Source: Octopus vulgaris
Taxonomy: Eukaryota
Length of the DNA: 64,000 nt
Direction of reading: 5' to 3'
Assembly (NCBI GenBank): GCA_951406725.2
Contig: OX597823.1
Span: forward strand, 23,064,001-23,128,000
Made by a program: the position numbers and the translations under genes. Below the pieces are notes generated by a model that worked only from the letters and a program-made list of their open reading frames with translations, was not told the origin of the DNA and ran no database searches. This document shows, one piece after another, positions 13,511-26,416 of the stretch. Every line of letters begins with the position of its first letter. Position 1 is the first letter of the stretch.

Positions 13511-13778
13511 TGATGACAATGATGATAATGATGATGATAATGATATAATGGTGATGCTTATTTTGACGACAACTTTGATGATAGCAACGATAGGCATGAT
13601 GGCAAAGATGGCAATTGCAGTATCAGTGATGTTGATTATCATGACAATGATGAAAGCGACAATGACTATGATAACGATAAAGATCACAGTCTTAATTATC
13701 ATGATCATTGTATCAGGCTTATGCTGTTGACACTGTTGGCGGCGGTGGTGGTGATAGTGAGGATCATGATCATGATGT

Positions 13779-13810
<32 letters not shown>

Positions 13811-14338
13811 GTAGTAGTGGTGTGATTATGTTGTTTGTCAGTAGTTTATAAAACAGTAAGGATTATATGGAAAACAGACTGTAAGTTATTCATTAAAACT
13901 AGCAGGGATTAAGCTGTCAGCTGTTAAGATATCTTTCAGCTAACACATTTATTCTAACATGTAAATAACATAAACATTCTAGACTATTCTATTTGCATTT
14001 TAATTTGCTATGGTAATTAATATTACTATTATTTCTTTCCCTTTTGATTTTTGTTTCCTTGTGTGTATGTGTGTGCCTCTGTGTGTGTGTGCACGCATGT
14101 GTGTATGAGAGAAGGAAGGAAAAGAATTCTTATTTCTCCTGCCTGTAATTCTTATTATATTTACAATAACCTTAATCAAATTGTATGTATATGGATTTAC
14201 AAGCATTTCCATATTATATGTATAAACGTATCTGATGTGCAAATGTGTACACATATATATGCATAGATAGATAGATAGACAGATATATGTGCATACATAT
14301 ATATATATGTCTGTCTGCCTGTGTAAATATGTGCGTGC

Positions 14339-14402
<64 letters not shown>

Positions 14403-14460
14403 GTGTCTGTGTGTATATATATATGTGTATATATATGCACATAAATATATCACCATCATG

Positions 14461-14500
<40 letters not shown>

Positions 14501-15014
14501 CACTCACACACATCCATGTACATATATATATATATGTATGTATATATAAATATATATATATATATATATGTCTATGCATATAAATATGTCTGCACGTATT
14601 AAATTGTGTACACACACTCACACACACACTCACACAAATTCATACACACATATACAGAGAAAGTCTCACCAATACAGATAATGCTTTATTATCATCCATG
14701 TTGACAAAACGTTTACAAAGAGTGAAGTGTGTATGAGTTATGATTGAGTAAAACGTTGTGATTTATATCCGTGGACTCTTCAACTCTGCAGCTGCATCAT
14801 GGTGCATCTGTCAGTTCTACCTTCCTTAATTAATATTGGCTCTTTTGATCTTTTGTTGTGGGGTGTTTCTGTTGTCATTGTTGTTGTTGATGCTGTTAGC
14901 AGAAGTATTAGTATTATTACTATCTTCTTGAGTTACCATCCTGTTAGATAACTTATTGGTATCACTAATTACAACAGTTATCTTTAGTATCACAAATACA
15001 TCTGTGTGTGTGCA

Positions 15015-15048
<34 letters not shown>

Positions 15049-15213
15049 TGTTCACATATGTAGCTTTACTGTAGGAGGCAAGCTATGAAAGTTTTGCCAG
15101 GATTTGAAATCAACAAAACTCTTTCACTCTCTCTCCTCCAACCTTTATATGCATACGCATGTGTATGTGTGTGTGTGTATGTGTGTGTGTGTGTGTGCGT
15201 GTGTGTATACATA

Positions 15214-15375
15214 GGCATAGGAGTGGCTGTGTGGTAAGAAGCTTGCTTACCAACCACATGGTTCCAGGTTCAGTCCCACTGTGTGGCACCTTGGGCAAAT
15301 GTCTTCTACGATAGCCTCTGGCCGACCAAAGCCTTGTGAGTGGATTTGGTAGACAGAAACTGAAAGAAGCCCGTC

Positions 15376-15459
<84 letters not shown>

Positions 15460-15664
15460 GTGTGTATGTGTCTGTGTTTGTCCCCCCAACATCGCTTGAC
15501 AACCGATGCTGGTGTGTTTATATCCCCGTAATTTAGCAGTCCGGCAAAAGAGATCCGATAGAATAAGTACTAGGCTTACAAAGAATAAGTCCTGGGGTGA
15601 ATTTGCTCAACTAAAGGCGGTGCTCCAGTATGGCCACAGTCAAATGACTGAAACAAGTAAAAGA
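15214..15664 (+). mobile_element. SINE family A, full length, expanded internal (TA)n
   Basis: Same head, core and tail as 7857; internal TA tract about 70 bp. Confidence 0.92.
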
Positions 15665-15770
15665 TATATATATATATATGTATCATCGTCATCATATATA
15701 TAATGTACTATTCCATGATAGAAAATTCCACAAAAGAAGCACTCCGTCTGATGAGAGATAGATATTATTT

Positions 15771-15953
15771 ATTTAAAGGACATACTACACATCCTTAAGC
15801 GCTATAAATAGTTTCGTATGTTGAGAAATATCTCAAACATATTCTTCAGGCACAAACCACGTATCATAATGAAGTGGAAGAATATGATTGAGATATTTCT
15901 CAACATATGAAAGTATCAGTAGCACTTAAGGCCATATATTATGTCCTTTAAAT
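15771..15953. ncRNA. Inverted pair of hammerhead ribozyme motifs
   Basis: Arms 15771-15848 and 15877-15953; minus arm GTGC-CTGAAGA-ATATGTTTGAGA-TATT-TCTCAACATAC-GAAAC-TATTTATA-GCGC; plus arm ends GAAAGTATCAGTA-GCAC. Confidence 0.65.
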
Positions 15954-16365
15954 ATATGTATGTATGTGTGTGTGTGTGTAATGTATATGTGTGTGAGTGT
16001 GTGTCACTATCATTTTACATCTGTTTTTCATGCTGGTATGAGTTGGATAGGTCATCATAGTCCAAATCAGTTTCCATTGAGGGTTACTGCTACAGTCTAG
16101 TTGCTCATACATATCATTTTGGCTAGGTTTCTATGGCTGGGTGCCCTTCCAGTCAACCACTAAAGTTTACAGAGTGCATTGTATGTACATGAAGGCTGGG
16201 CTATTTGGGTGAAGTTAAGGAAGAGAGGAAATGGCTGGTACTAGCAGAGGTAGAGAAAATTAAAGACAGGTAATGAAATAAGGTAAGAAAGAGTAATTCA
16301 CAAAGAAGTAACCTGGACAAAGTTTGAAGTAGGGGATGAGATAATGGAGATATTAGGGAGGGGAA

Positions 16366-16570
16366 GGCAGCAAGCTGGCAGAAATGTTAGCACACCAGGC
16401 GAAATGTTTAGTCTGTCTTTATGTTCTGAGTTCAAATTCTGTCATGGTTGACTTTGCTTTTCACCTTTTTGGGGTCGATAAATTAAGTACCAGTTGCATA
16501 CTGGGTTGATCTAATTGACTGTCCCCCTCCCCAAAAATTTCGAGCCTTGTGTCTAGAGTAGAAAAGAATA
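16366..16570 (+). mobile_element. SINE family B
   Basis: GGCAGCAAGCTGGCAGAAATGTTAGCAC head, GAGTTCAAATTC, GGGGTCGATAAATTAAGTACCAG; ATATTAGG on both flanks. Confidence 0.85.
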
Positions 16571-16909
16571 TTAGGTTATGGGTGGGTAAAGAGATTTCTG
16601 GCTGGCAGCACATTATGTTAGGGTTGGGTATTGCACTCACAAAGCACTGGATCATAGGTTTGATTCCTGAACAAAATGTTTCATTTCATATTCTTCTGCA
16701 ACCATTTCGACATGTGATGTGTGGCACACTTGAGACAGCCACTCTGTCGATTTGATGGAAGGAGTGAGGTTTTGTAATCACAAACATTTAATCACTATAA
16801 ACACGTCATCTGTGTGGTTGTTCAGCATGAAACTGCAGAAACCCCATCCGTCTTTTAATGACAGGAAAGTTTGTGATAGTAATAATAATAAAAATAGCGT
16901 CAATAACCA

Positions 16910-17120
16910 TTACGCTGACACATAAAAGGCACCCATAATGGTGATGCATAAAAGGTACCCAATACACTCTTTGAGTGGTTGGCATTAGGAAGGGCATCGA
17001 GCTGTAGAAACCTTGCCAAAATCAGACTGGAGCCTGGCACAGCTCTCCAGCTTACCAGTTCCAGTCGAACTGTCTAACCCATGCCAGCACAGAAAACAGA
17101 CGCTAAATGATGATGATCAT
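16910..17120 (+). mobile_element. RTE 3'-tail element
   Basis: GGTTGGCATTAGGAAGGGCATC...CCATGCCAGCAC...(GAT)n. Confidence 0.75.
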
Positions 17121-17149
17121 GATATATTCATATGTATATATATTCATAC

Positions 17150-17433
<284 letters not shown>

Positions 17434-17530
17434 ACGGGAAGCTTTATGAAAATAAACAAAAGACGAAGGCAGGTGGAATACAAACAAACAATTGTATTAG
17501 TATGGCGCTCAGGAATATAAATAAAACAAG

Positions 17531-17568
17531 TCTTTTACGTTTCGAGCCTACGCTCTTCAACAGAAAGA
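17531..17568 (-). ncRNA. Minimal type I hammerhead-like motif (CUGUUGA core) in a repeat also found at 41296-41418
   Basis: Minus strand TCTTT-CTGTTGA-A-GAGC-GTAG-GCTC-GAAAC-GTA^AAAGA. Confidence 0.6.
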
Positions 17569-18156
17569 TACACAGAAAAGAAACACGGAGAGAAACAAGG
17601 AGAGAAAAAAAATGCGTACAGAAGCTAGCGAATCAACATATATACACACAAATATGTATAAATATACATACACACATACAAATACATATATATGTATATA
17701 CACACATACATAATACAAATATATAGCATCCAACCCAAGACAGCATGAAAAACAAACATTAGATTATGATAAAGTAGTAGTGGTAGTAGTGGTAGTGGTA
17801 GTAGTAGTAGTAGTAGTAGTACATATATAGGTTTAGGAAACATTTGTCAGAAACACATTAGTTGAAAGCATATTGTCTGAAAGACTTATCTATTGCAAAA
17901 CAAATTCATAGAAAACAAAATTAGTCAAGAGACAAATTGATTAAAAGTATATTAATCAAAGTTAGGTTGAAATATTTATCAAAATTTTAACATTTTTTGA
18001 TGAAATAGATAAATGCTATGCAATGATATATTAATATTTGAACCAAATGCAATGTTTTATGATATCAGAATGATCAAGGAATGCTTACAAATACAATTAA
18101 ATGTAACATCAACAAAGGCTTACTAAAAAAAATGAGTCTTTAATAATCAAACAAGT

Positions 18157-18415
18157 GGAAGCATGTGGTTTAGTGGTTAGAGTGTTGGACTCCTGATTGT
18201 AAGATTGTGGTTTCAATTCCTGGACTGAGCGACAAGTTTTGTTCTTGAGCAAAACTCTTCATTTCACATTACTCCAGTCCACTCAGCTGATGAAAATGAG
18301 TAATCCTGCAAGGGACTGGCGACCCATCAAGGTGGGGGAATATATCACACTGTGGAAACTGGGAAAACAGCCTTATGAGTCTATATGACTCAGGAAGGGG
18401 CTTTACCCATTGTCC
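18157..18415 (+). mobile_element. SINE family C (tRNA head, V-domain-like centre) with 16-bp TSD
   Basis: TGGTTTAGTGG A box, GTTTCAATTCC B box, CTGCAAGGGACTGGCGACCCATC; TAATAATCAAACAAGT / TAATAATCAGACAAGT flanks. Confidence 0.8.
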
Positions 18416-18912
18416 TAATAATCAGACAAGTAAACATGTAATGAGAGTGTCCCTCTGATCACCAAGGGTCTGTCCAACCATGTAAACAATTCTGGCTATG
18501 AAACAGTGTCATCTTTATTTATTAACTAAGATACACTCCAAACAATAATTGTGTCCTTGTACAGAAAATGCTAAATGAAATTGCACTACAATTGATTAGA
18601 AGTAAATATGTGATGTGCAGAACACAGCAAGCTATAATGAGCCAATATTTTAGTTCAGAATATAAGAATTCAATAAAGGTCTACTTTATTTTTTGAAAAT
18701 AGTTTTATGACAGCAAAACTGGTCAGTCAAAGGGAGTTGATTGTGATGAAATTCCACTGCAGAAGATTGTTAGAATAACACACTTGGGAGTATATACAAA
18801 CATACTGTTTTCAGTATTGCATTCACATTTCAAGGTGATATCATGGAGGATCATGACATCAAATTTACATGTGCTGAAAGAGAGTAAATGAAGTTAGTCA
18901 TCATCATTTAAT

Positions 18913-19328
18913 CTCTTTTTACTCTTTTTTTTTTACTCTTTTTACTTGTTTCAGTCATTTGACTGTGGCCATGCTGAAGCACTGCCTTTAGTTGAGCAAA
19001 TCGACCCCAGGACTTATTCTTTGTAAGCCTAGTACTTATTCTATCGGTCTCTTTTGCCAAACCGCTAAGTTACGGGGATGCAATCACACCAAGCGATGTT
19101 GGGGGGACAAACACAGACACACAAACGTATACACACACACATACATATATACATATACATATATATGACGGGCTTCTTTCAGTTTCCATCTACCAAATCC
19201 ATTCACAAGGCTTTGGTTGGCCTGAGGCTATAGTAGAAGACACTTGCCCAAGGTGCCACACAGTGGGACTGAACCCAGAACCATGTGGTTGGTAAGCAAG
19301 CTACTTACCACACAGCCACTCCTGCGCC
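18913..19328 (-). mobile_element. SINE family A, full length
   Basis: Reverse complement of family A head to tail. Confidence 0.92.
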
Positions 19329-19419
19329 TATATGTCTGTTTTCTTTGCTAGCATGGATTAGATTTTATTACAACAAAAACATTGATTTCAAAAACTATTG
19401 GCAATGTGGAGTTAAAAGT

Positions 19420-20210
19420 TGTTTTATCAAATGAAAGAGATCTCAAAAGAAACCTTACAAGATTCTAACTCTGCAAATCAAAGAACAATCTTAAAGACAA
19501 AAAAGAAAAAAGAAAGAAAATTGATCCAAGTGCCAGTGACAGTTGTAAAATCCCTATTTAGAAGAGGCTTTAGGCTCTCATCCACCAATGATGTACTAGA
19601 TGAAGAAATCTGCTAAATAAAACAAACACTTTTCAACAGCAGGTATTCTAACAAGCAAGCAGACCAAGCCATAGAAACAATACAAGAAGAAATACAATGC
19701 TACAAATATATCAGACACTGCAACTATAAAACTGCATAAACTATGCATAAAGTGTTTTAAACAAATTTAGTATATATTAACCATAGAATAGATGGACTCA
19801 CTATTAATAAGCTTGTGAAACAGAAAACAAAATGCATATTTCTAAATCATAAATTAACACAATACATTACAAAAGACATGTGGAAAAGGACCGAGGAGCA
19901 ACTGCAGTGCCCTACATCACACAACACAAAAAGAAACATCAGTGATCATCATGTTTACACTCTACAGAATTCTTCACTAAAATAGATTATTAATTATGGA
20001 AGAAATACTGATAAAAATATTGAATAAATACACAGACAGTATACACTAATTGCAAACAAAAATAAATGTTTGACTGATGACATAGATTGGAATTCTGACA
20101 GTAATGTCCATGCCAATCAGATTGACCTCAATATAAAAAGGTAACAACACTTATCAACATCATTTTTTCCTGAAGATGAACCTTTGAAAGTCTACAAATG
20201 TTGATGAGGT
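19420..20210 (+). mobile_element. Decayed Penelope-like element (RT C-terminal region to 3' end)
   Basis: VVKSLFRRGFRLSSTNDVLDEEIC*IKQTLFNSRYSNKQADQAI resembles the PLE RT C-terminal motif; IIMEEILIK-like segment near 19990; eroded CCTGAAGATG at 20169. Confidence 0.6.
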
Positions 20211-20333
20211 ATTTATTGTAAGGAAATTACAATGAAATCATACAAAAATCTAAAAAACTCAAAGAAAAAGAATTAGGACACAGTTCTGTTTCCACCCAGT
20301 ATACTCTACCTTCACTCATTCTCTACTGCCAAT

Positions 20334-20407
<74 letters not shown>

Positions 20408-21077
20408 CAATCACTCTATTCTTACTCTCTTTACCCATCCTTTCTGTCCTTTATGTCATTGCTCACTCTTCTATGCATCTTAGAGTAGTGAGTACTCTTT
20501 GCTCTTAAGGCAGCCCTACACATTGCTGCTACTCTTATAAAATGCTCTTGGTACTTTCTGCAAAGCGGTTAGCCAATGAGTGGAAAAAGCATAGAGCTGA
20601 GATGATCCTTTAGTTTTGTCTTGCTGAAGACAGGAAAAGCACTCTATGCTGGTGCCACATATTAAATGCAACTTGTAAATTCTATAGGCAGAGCATCAAG
20701 TAAAAGAAACCAAGTTGAAAATAAGACATAGAAGCAAGCTATGATCTTCCATCCTATGTATGAGAGCAATAGTTCCCAATAAGACGATGTCTAACATATG
20801 CCAGCATGCAAAGTGGGTATAAAATAATGATAATGATGATTATGTATACATGCACACACACACACACACACACCCATGTTTGTCTATCAATAAGGATTGT
20901 ATAAACGGTTTCAATTTTGATATAATACCATTCATGTGTGATGTGTATGCAGTGTGTTTGCACCTGTTCTTGTGTATTTGTATTCACATGTATGTATGTG
21001 TATTATGTATATGTGTGTGTGTGTGTACACACACACAAGAATATATATCTATATATATAGATAGATCGATATGTAAA

Positions 21078-21123
<46 letters not shown>

Positions 21124-21197
21124 TAAATAAATGGAGTTTAACGCAGGTGTAAACTATTTATTTATTTTGTCCGTGTTAACTAGGTAAAAATACACTC

Positions 21198-21231
<34 letters not shown>

Positions 21232-21235
<4 letters not shown>

Positions 21236-23415
21236 TCATCATCATCATCGTTTAACGTCTGTTTTCCTTGCTAGCATAGGTTGGATGGTTCGACCGGGGT
21301 CTGGGAAGCCAGGAGGCTGCACCAGGCTCCAGTCTGATCTGGCAGTGTGTCAACAGCTGGATGCCCTTCCTTATGCCAACCACTCCATGAGTGTAGTGGG
21401 TGCTTTTTACATGCCACTGGCACAGAAGCCAATCAAGGCGGCACTGGCATCAGCCACATACGGATGGTGCTTTTTATGTGCCACTAGCACAGGTACCACA
21501 ACTACAATTTCCATTTGATTTTTTGATGTTGATGTGCTTGACTCAATAGGTCTCCTCAAGTACAGCAGGTCACCCTACGATCCAAGGTAAGCACAGCAGG
21601 CTGTTCTGTGATCCAAGGCACTTTGGATAGGCTGGGGCTTCTATGTGAAGCTGGTGCAGGAAACAGCCATGAACTCACATTATTTGTCTAGGTCTGCACA
21701 GTCACAGCATATCTCCAGAGGTCTCGGTCTTTTGTCATTGCCTCTGTGAGACCCAACGTTCGAAGGTCATGCTTGACCACCTCATCCCATGTCTTCCTGG
21801 GTCTACCTCTACCCCAGATTCCTTCAACTGTTTGGGAGTAGCACTTCACACATCTCTCCTCATCCATCCGTAGTACATGACCATACCAGCACAGACGTTT
21901 CTTTTGCATGCCACATCTAATGCTTCTTATGTCCAGCATTTCTCTCAGGGCACATACACTCTGTCGTGTATGTGCACTGACATTACACATCCAGCGGATC
22001 ATACTAGCTTCATTTCTTTCAAGCCTACGCATGTCCTCTGCAGTCGCAGCCCATGTTTCACTACCCTGAAGCATGGCAGTTCGCACACATGCGTCGTACA
22101 ATCTACTTTTCACTCTGAGTGAGAGACCCTTTGTCACCAGTAGGGGTAGGAGCTTTCTAAATTTTGCCCAGGCTATTCTTATTCTATTGGTAACACTCTC
22201 TGAGCATCCACCCCCTCTACTAACTTGGTCACCGGAAACTATCAACTACTTCTAGTTTCTCCCCTAGGAGTGTAATGGTATCTGTTTTTTGAGTATCAGT
22301 GGTGTCTAATGCCCCTGTGCATCTGCCACACATGAAAGCTATCTTCTCGGTTAATTTTCCTTTGATGGTGCTGCACCTCTTATGTGTCCATAGCTTACAC
22401 TGGGCACATCTTATGAAGTTTCTACCTACACCTTTTCTACAGATCGAGCAGGGCCACCTACCTGAAGGGGTGTGTGGTGTGTTTGCCTTCCTATTTACTA
22501 GAACTTTGGTCTTTGCTACATTGACTCTAAGGCCTTTTGATTCTAAACCTAGTTTCCAAACCCGAAATTTCTTTTCTAGTTCTGGTAGTGATTCTGCTAT
22601 GAGGGCCAGGTCATCGGCATGGAGGAGCTCCCAGGGGAACCCATCTTGAATTCCTCTGTTATTGCCTGGAGGACTATGATGAATAAAAGGGGACTGAGGG
22701 CTGAACCTTGGTGGACCCCTACTTCTACCCGGAATTCTTCACTATACTTATTGCCAATCCTAACCTTGCTGACGGCCTCTCTGTATAGGGCCTGTACAGC
22801 CCTTATTAACCATTCGTCAATCTCCAGTTTCTGCATCGCCCACCAGATAAGGGATCGGGGAACCCTGTCAAAGGCTTTCTCCAAGTCCACGAAAGCTATG
22901 TAGAGGGGTTTATCTTTAGCTTGGTATTTCTGCTGCAGTTGTCGAACCAGGAATATGGCATCAGTGGTGCTTCTACCTGACACAAAACCGAACTGCATCT
23001 CACCTAAGCAGACTCTCTCCCTAATGAGATGGGCTATGACCCTCTCTGTGACCTTCATCACCTGATCCAACAGTTTAATACCCTTGTAGTTATTTCTATC
23101 AAGAGCATCACCTTTACCCTTGTAGCAGTTGACTATGGTGCTGCTACGCCAGTCATTGGGTATGACTCCATTATGAACTACCTGGTTTACAATGCGGGTG
23201 ACTAGGCCATAGCCCACACCACCAGATGTTTTAAGCATCTGAGCAGTGATTCCTGATGGGCCAGGGGATTTTCCTGGCTTCATACCCTTAATTGCTTTAT
23301 CTACTAGGGAGCTGTCTATTCGGATAGCTGGTCCCTCTACTGGGTCAACATTTGGAGAGGCTCTCCTCCTCCCATTCATTCTCCACATTCAGCAGTCTCC
23401 CATTCATTCTCCACA
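21232..23415 (-). mobile_element. 5'-truncated RTE-clade LINE (RT, Cys-rich insert, C-terminus, 3' UTR, (GAT)n tail)
   Basis: ORFs 22597-23388 (KSPGPSGI, QFGFVSGRSTTDAIF, AFVDLEKAFDRVPR, GVHQGSALSPLLF) and 21688-22245 (GSETW, WYGHVLRM, GRGRPRKTW); frameshifted LLHADDLAL near 22600. Confidence 0.95.
21688..23388 (-). pseudogene. Frameshifted RTE reverse transcriptase ORF2 fragment
   Basis: RT motifs split over frames; YADD reads HADD. Confidence 0.9.
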
Positions 23416-23638
23416 AATAAGAATTAACGGGTGGGAAGTATCATTTTTTTTTATTTATATATATTCAAGCATAAAAAGTTTTTGGATTTTCCTGAAGAAA
23501 ATTCTTTACAAAAATTTTTATATCAGTGTATAAATAAATAAAGAAACCATACCTTCACATCACTACATATGATTAAATTTTTTTCTATATATATAATTAT
23601 TAATAAACTACACTATTCACTACCAGAAGTTTTTATTC

Positions 23639-23682
<44 letters not shown>

Positions 23683-23957
23683 AAATATGTGTGCATGTGT
23701 GTGGCTTTGTACATAATTATGTGTGTCTCTGTAAACCTGCTTCTATGTTTTTGTTTATGCATGGGTGATGTGGGTGGTATGGTTGTGCTAGCACATGTTT
23801 ATATGTGTGTATGTGTCTCTGTGCCTCTGTAATGTAAATGTGCATTGATATACATGTGTGTGTATGTGTGTGAGCGTGCGCACTATGTTTATATGTTGGG
23901 TTGCGTATGTTTATGTAGATATATATATATATAAGTATATATATGTATACATATGAT

Positions 23958-23998
<41 letters not shown>

Positions 23999-24744
23999 TC
24001 ACACACATCTGACTGTAAGGCTCTCAGTGTATATACATGTATGTATACACACATACACACACCTGTGTATATTTCTAGTTATTATATTGTCCTTGATATG
24101 CAAAAAGATAATTCTAAAAATATCCATTCTATATTTTATTTAACTGCGTTTTTAAATAGTTTCACACCTTTCTCTTCTTGCTTCTTCATCCTAATCCTCA
24201 TCATCATCACATCTTTTTTTTTTCTCTTATCTTACTTCTTCTTTTGGCTTCTTTATTTTCTTACTGTTTTGTTGTTGTTGTTGTTGTTGTTGTTTTTGTT
24301 CTCTGTTTTCTCCTGTTTAAGTCTTCTCCACCTCCTCCTTCTCCTTTCACAATCACAGTTATGGTATTAACATCCGTTTTATTTTCTTCTTATGCTGACA
24401 TGGGTTGAGCATCTCTACATGCACAACATACCACATGTCAGTTTTGCATCCTTTGTGATTTTGAAAGTCCCAGCACCTCAAGATCAAACCCAACTGCTTC
24501 CTCGATAAACAAGTCTTCATCTTTGTCTCATTTTCTTCGATCAACTACATGAGTGAGCGGGAAACATTTTTTTTTACTTTAGAAATGAAAATTACATTAA
24601 TTGAAGTGTAATCTTAATAAAACCTCATTAAAATTTTATCTAATTTTCAAAGAAATATAATTATATTTATTAAGAAAATATGATTATGAATACTAAAGTG
24701 AGAAATAAAAATGTAAACTGATCTTTTAATGACCTCTTCTTTTT

Positions 24745-25007
<263 letters not shown>

Positions 25008-25484
25008 CTTTAACATCTACTTTTCCATGCTTTCATGGGTCACATGAGAGTCTGTTGAGAGAGTTTTTTTTTTTTTATGGATTGTTGCTCTTCCTGTCAC
25101 CAAATAATACTGTACAAGCAAAAAAAAACATAAATATTTTATGCAAATCCCCAATTTCAACAATCTTTCTTTTTCCGTAGCTATAACAGCAGAAAATGAA
25201 ATGAAGTGGAATCAATTTCCAAACCATTACACAATGGTAAACCACAGTCTTTATTCTGTAGATCCCAATGATGACACTTTACATACAAACACAGCAGAAG
25301 TAATGGGGAGTTTCATTGAAAGTATATATTGCATTGTCCATGGAACTTCAGACAATCTCTTCTCAACTTACAAGAGTTTACCTGGCATCATTTCACATGC
25401 ACAAAGCATCATTTCTGCAAACATGAAATACATTTGCTTTATAAATGAATTTAATTGATGGAAATTATGTGGAAGTCTGTTGTG

Positions 25485-25534
<50 letters not shown>

Positions 25535-25788
25535 CGTATGTGTTCATGCATACACGTGCGTGTATCTGTACGCTTATTTATATCTGCTGCTTCTTATTTG
25601 AAAGTGACAACATTCACACAGTGTTCTGTTGATATTCCTCAATATATCACCTCCTTGCTTTGTGCCTTCAAACCCATGAGGAATAAGAGATCTCTTACTT
25701 GAAAAACAGGTAAGGCTTAAACTATAAAACAATGCCTCAGTAATGTATTTGTCTTACACATATTAGCATTAAAAAAATTAACAAAAAG

Positions 25789-25826
<38 letters not shown>

Positions 25827-25827
<1 letters not shown>

Positions 25828-26089
25828 TCAATATAAAATAGTGTACATTTAAACACAAGAGAAAACTACCTTTAACAGGTCATTTTTACATGCTAGAAGA
25901 AGCAGTCAAAACTACCAAAACCACAATTACGAGCAATTTTTGAAGGGAATGAAAAATAAAAATTTTTACCTTGTTATAATTGATCTTAAATGTGGTTTTG
26001 GTCATTTTGACTGCTTCTTCTAGCGTGTAGAAACTACCTGTTAAAAGTAGTTCTCTCTTGTGTTTAAATGTACACTACTTTATATTGAG
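25827..26089. repeat. Long inverted repeat, ~100-bp arms
   Basis: CTCAATATAAAATAGTGTACATTTAAACACAAGAG... / ...CTCTTGTGTTTAAATGTACACTACTTTATATTGAG. Confidence 0.9.
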
Positions 26090-26182
26090 AATATGTTGTC
26101 TATTGACTTTTTATACATGCTAGGTCACTGGTGGTGAAATTTCTAATATATATATATATAATTTCTAATATATATATATATA

Positions 26183-26412
26183 TTCTTTTATCCTTTTACT
26201 TGTTTCAGTCATTTTACTGTGGCCATGTTGAGGCACCACCTTTCGTCGAACAAATTGGCTCCAGGATTTATTCTTTGTAAGCCTAGTACTTATTCTATCA
26301 GTCTCTTTTGTCAAACTGCTAAGTGACGGGGATGTAAACACACCAACGTTGGTTGTTAAGCAATGGGGGGGGACAAACATAGACACAAATAACAAACACA
26401 CGCACACACGGA
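26183..26412 (-). mobile_element. SINE family A 3' half; a short continuation resumes near 27925-27962
   Basis: TTTTACTTGTTTCAGTCATTT...GGGGGACAAACATAGACAC; split at its internal microsatellite. Confidence 0.8.
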
Positions 26413-26416
26413 TATA

